A DNA stretch of 64,000 nucleotides from Macrostomum lignano (lineage: Eukaryota). Numbering within the stretch: position 1 is the first letter of the stretch; the number at the start of each line of letters is the position of its first letter. Below are positions 59,481 to 64,000 of this stretch, one piece after another. Where the stretch lies: NCBI GenBank assembly GCA_002269645.1, contig NIVC01001364.1, positions 192,275 to 256,274 on the forward strand, given 5' to 3'. Under the pieces are notes generated by a model. It did no database searches. It was not told the origin of the DNA and was given only the letters and a program-made list of their open reading frames with translations. A program made the translations under genes and the position numbers.

Positions 59481-61084
59481 CCACGACAAAAACATTGCGA
59501 TTAGCATTAAGAATTGGTAAAAATTTTGCGTTCGCCGGAACCTAAGCCTCATTAATTGGACTAGCCAAGATCAGATATGCTGCTATTAGATGAAGATCTT
59601 TCCAGTTGTAACACCTCTTTTTGCACCTGTTTTGCTGCTTAACTCGCGTTCAACATGGCTAACTCCTCTATAGCTGACGGGACAGCCTCGTTATTGGGAA
59701 GCTGTCGGGAGTTGAGAGGGGAGGAGAACGGAGCTCGTTAATTATGGAATACGCATTGTGCACACTTGGCATTGGAGAGGACGTATAATGATGACGACGC
59801 TCACGCAGAATCCCTCCCATTAAATCTCCCAAGCGTCCCTCCAGGCAACAAAGCAACAGGTGAAGGAGGCGCAGCAGAACTCTTGACTGTCAGGGAGAGC
59901 CTCCCAAGCGGCTGATTGACTTGAAGCAGCGGGGGCAATTTGCATGCGACAGGGCTGGGCGGGCATGGCTGACTCCAGGCTTTCCTGGAAAAGGGGTGGG
60001 AAGTTATGGCCGCCGTGTTTGGGCTCGGGATCTAGTCAAAAATTTATAGCAAAAACGCTCTTAGATGCAAGCGGTTTGAGGCCAGAGAGAAAAAAGTTTT
60101 TTTAAATGCAAGGCGGCGGAGGCAGGCAGAGAAGCTGGTGCTGCCTTGCTCCTGCGCTTCCCTTTCTCGGCATTTCCTGAGTCACAATTTCCGGGAGCGC
60201 GCAGGAGGACCACCAGGGGGGGGGGGGCAGCAGTGCACGACAGAAATGCAAATAGCCTCATCTATTATTTACAGCTCTGCAGCCCCGTCATCTCCCCCTC
60301 CCTCTCTCTATTCCTCCTCTTCTGCCCCATCCACCTCATCATCAGGCTCCCCAGCCTCTCTCCAGTCTCATTTCGAAAGCTCATTTCGAATGAATTTTCA
60401 AAACTCGACAAGCAACAGGCTAAGCAACAGCACTTGTATCTGATTCGTGGTAAACTGGCTTGGCACATCCGGCCAATGCTCTGACCAATCAAAACCTCCG
60501 GCTAGATGGGGCAGCGCAAGAAAGTTTCGAAACTCGAAAACTCGTCGGCTAGGGCCCCGGACAGACCATGGCGAGTATTTTCGCCGAATTTATTATGAGT
60601 AAAATATTACGAGCATGAATTATTGAAAGTTGCATGAATTGAAGATCATATCCGGCTAGATTTCAGTCGCGATGCATGCATAATTTAGATGCACGAGAGG
60701 AGCAGACGGCCTCTAGAAAAGTGCAGCCAGCGATCCGAGCGCGACCATGCCTACCGATATGATAAAGGGTGTATGCATAATTTATACCACATAGCTAGAA
60801 ACAGATTTTATTGTGGGGCTACTACTGAGGTCCAACTGAGTCTGTTTGTCGTAAGTTAAAAAAATTCGAAATATAAGCTATTAGAGACACTGTGAGACGA
60901 TCGGACAGGGGCAGTCAGGGTTCAGCAAGAAGCACAAGCATAGCTCTAACTATGGACAAATATGATTGGTTAATAAATTTGGTAAATTGTGCGTGGTATC
61001 AGGTAGCTATAAATGTTGACAGGTTTGATTCATTTATGAAATCAGGAGCAATTGGATACTAATGACCGGGGCAGGTAGTTGGCT

Positions 61085-61700
61085 GGATAGGGGACTGGGG
61101 CATAGAGGGAGGTGGGTGACTGGATAAGGACTGGGGCATAGAGGGAGGTGGGTGACTGAATAGGGGACTAGGGCATAGAGGGAGGTGGGTGACTAGATAG
61201 GGATCTGGGCACAGTGGGGTGGGTGACTTGAAAGTGGTTTGGGGCACAGCGGAGGATGGGTGACTTGATGGGGGTCTGGGATGATTGGAGAGGGGTCTGG
61301 GGCACGGAGGGAGGTGGGTGATTGGAGAGGGGTCTGGGGCACGGAGGGAGGTGGGTGATTGGAGAGGGTCTGGGGATCGAAGGGAGGTGGGTGATTGGAG
61401 AGAGGTCTGGGGCACGGAGGGAGGTGGGTGATTGGAGAGGGTCTGGGGATCGGAGGGAGGTGGGTGATTGGAGAGGGGTCTGAGGCACGGAGGGAGGTGG
61501 GTGATTGGAGAGGGGTCTGGGGCACGGAGGGAGGTGGGTGATTGGAGAGGGTCTGGGGATCGAAGGGAGGTGGGTGATTGGAGAGAGGTCTGGGGCACGG
61601 AGGGAGGTGGGTGATTGGAGAGGGTCTGGGGATCGGAGGGAGGTGGGTGATTGGAGAGGGGTCTGGGGCACGGAGGGAGGTGCTTGTCTGGATAGAGGGG
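61085..61700 (+). repeat. ~36-38-bp G-rich minisatellite (GGAGGGAGGTGGGTGATTGGAGAGGGGTCTGGGGCAC)
   Basis: About 16 copies. Confidence 0.93.
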
Positions 61701-61824
61701 GTGGGTGATGGAAGGAGGATCCAGGTGAAATGATGACTAGGTTTACAGTTGCACAAATCTAAACAAAGAAGCCAGCAAGGGTTTCTGTGTGCGCAAAAGA
61801 AAATCGATGCTGTCAGTCAGTCAG

Positions 61825-63289
61825 TCAATAGTGCAACGTGTGCGAGGCGAACTGCTGCCGATTGGCCAGCACTCTGCCGCACATGTTACACTGAAATGGC
61901 TCGTTGAGGTTGTGCAGGCCCATGTGCAGGCAGTACATGACCTGGTCAACAAAGCCAATCAGGCAGTGAGGGCACACGTGGGGAATCGCCAGTGCTGACG
62001 GCTCCGGTTCCAGGAGTACCCGACCTGCAGCCACCGTCGCTGGTTGACTGCGGCGACTTCGGCTGCTGCTGCTGCTGCTGGTGGTGTTGCGGATGCAACT
62101 GGGCCGCGTGTAGCAGCTGCGGCGATGCAGGCATCAAGGAGCCGATGGTGGTCGCCGCCGCCGACGATGCGGAACTGACAGCCGCGCCGGCAGGTGCGCT
62201 TCTACATTTCGGCGCCGACGGCGAGGAGGTCTTGGTGACTGCGCCAGCACTCCGGCCTTGTCCTCTGCCAACGGGGGCGAGGCTAGCGACGCTGTCGGAG
62301 GCTGTGGCGGCAGTGGAGGCGGCGGCGGTGGCGGCTGAGACGACAGGTTTGTCTGTGAGTGCATCAGCGGAGAGGCCAGGTGCACGAGGCTCTGAAGGTA
62401 GTCGGTGTAGGCAGCCAGCCCCGGCCGGAGGAGCGGCGGCAGCTGGAGGCCCTCCGGCAGCTGCTGGTGTTGCGGCTGCGCAGCTTGCGTCGGTGCCTGC
62501 GGCGGTGGCGGAGGCAGCTGCTGCTGCTGGCAGGCGGCCGCGTGCGCCAGCATGTGCACCGCCAGCGACTCCTCGCTGGGCATTCGTTCTCCGCACAGGC
62601 GGCACACCGGGATGCCAGCGAAGCCGGCTTTGAATGAGGCGCCTGACTGCGGCTTCCGGCGACGTGGTCATGGCTGCCAAGACCGACGCCGCTGCCGCCG
62701 CCGCTGCCGCCGCCTGTCCGTGGCGCAGGTGCCGTTGTTGCGCACGCTGTCCATCATGTGCATCGCCAGGGCGTCGCGATTGGCAAACGTCATCCGGCAC
62801 GACTGGCAGCTAAAGCAGCCGCTGGCGGCGCGCTGCGGCCGCTGCCGCCACCGCTGCCGCGGCAGAAGTTGACGTCGAGGATGACGAAGACGAAGATATG
62901 GTAGCCACCGAGGACGTCGACGAATTGGCCGATGCTGCCGCCGCCGCAGCCGCCGCAGCCGCCGCCGCGACCGCCGCAGCTGCCACCGAGGAGACTGCCG
63001 ACACGGGAACTGAGGACGTTGTCGCGGACAAAGATGGATGCTTGGCAGCAGGCTGGACAAAGAGCTGGTGATGGTGCTGATGGTAGTGAGACGCCGAGGC
63101 GGCTGCGGGATGAGCCGCCGCGCTTCCTGCCTCGCATGCCACCAGGCGGCTGATGCTGTCCGGTTCCGTTCGGCGTTGCTGCCGACGCCAAAGTCTTGGA
63201 CGGCTGCTGCGGCGAGCGTCCCCGGGCCTCGGCCGGCGCTGTGCCGACCTGTCCCGTCCGCTTGATGAGATCCACGGTCCGCTGTTTGC
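61825..63289 (-). pseudogene. hb: Hunchback/Ikaros-family C2H2 zinc-finger gene, last exon, frameshifted (pseudogene or assembly errors)
   Basis: C-terminal pair HVCPHCLIGFVDQVMYCLHMGLH-NLNEPFQCNMCGRVLANRQQFASHTLH is the hunchback/Ikaros dimerisation signature. Further fingers CRLCGERMPSEESLAVHMLAH and CQSCRMTFANRDALAMH lie in different frames or are separated by a stop. Candidate acceptor CCTCAG|G at 63289. Confidence 0.7.
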
Positions 63290-63639
63290 CTGAGGAAGCG
63301 GAAGTCGGTGCGGCACAGGTGAGGATCTGTGTTAGCAACGGCTGTCCTGTCGATGTCTTTTTGGGTGAATTTTTAGTCTGCTTGAGTCTGCATTGTAAAT
63401 CCCGTTAAATATTCAGTGCGAGGCCTGAATGAACTCCAATTAAACTGGGGGGCTGGCGGCTTGGGCAGGGGGGCGTGAGCAAACAAGTGGGAAAGCGGAG
63501 TCGGGAGCGCCACCCCAACTTCTCCCGCCCCGATATTCTCACCATCACACATTTCTCACCATCTCACTTTTCCTGCCCACCCCAATTTCATTCTTCCGTC
63601 TTGTAGTTCCAGAATTATTGTCGGATGATGAAGGTCTAT

Positions 63640-64000
63640 CGATAATCAATCAGAAATCTATCGTAATCTACCAGAAATATATCGATAATCTACCAGAAAT
63701 CTATCGACAATCTACCTGAAATCTATCGATAATGAATCTATCGACGACAATCTACGAGAATCTTCGACAATATCAGAAATTAGAAATCTATCGACAATCT
63801 ACCAGAAATCTATCAACAATCTACAAAGAAATCTATCGACAATCTATCAGACATCTATTGACAATCTATTAGAAATCTATCGACAATCTATCAGAAATCT
63901 ATCGGAAATCTATCAGAAATCTATCGACAATCTACCAGAAATCTTATCAACAATCTACCAGAAATCTATTGACTATCTACGAGAGATTTATCGACAATCT
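63640..64000 (+). repeat. Degenerate 22-bp repeat (GAAATCTATCGACAATCTACCA), runs off the window
   Basis: Direct reading. Confidence 0.88.

Noticed and set aside
59668-60560. Possible first exon or promoter of the SPATA1-like gene (GC-rich, CCAAT motifs)
   Set aside because: No in-frame donor linking to 56622 could be established; left unannotated.

Overview
Eukaryotic (metazoan) genomic DNA with GC-rich exons and introns packed with minisatellites. The style suggests a flatworm such as Macrostomum, but this is inference only. (1) 1-10264, + strand: a spliced, apparently intact tyrosine-recombinase gene (Crypton-like; two Zn-finger motifs, YR catalytic core, C-terminal Myb/SANT-like domain). 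Its 5' part is a tandem array of near-identical 387-nt phase-0 exons, each followed by an intron carrying 7-16 copies of an 83/85-bp repeat. (2) 11726-35443, +: a complete 24-exon TRPN/NompC mechanosensory channel gene (about 1790 aa, about 29 ankyrin repeats), with a different minisatellite in most of its larger introns. (3) 36577-56622, -: a 17-exon SPATA1-like gene with a long E/R single-alpha-helix insert and a probable GC-AG intron. (4) 61825-63289, -: the 3' part of a hunchback/Ikaros-type zinc-finger gene broken by several frameshifts. Interspersed are six tRNA-derived CORE-type SINEs, a deleted PIF/Harbinger element, a tiny mariner-like hairpin and an unclassified dispersed repeat. All gene models were built by hand from splice signals and frame continuity; no database searches were run.
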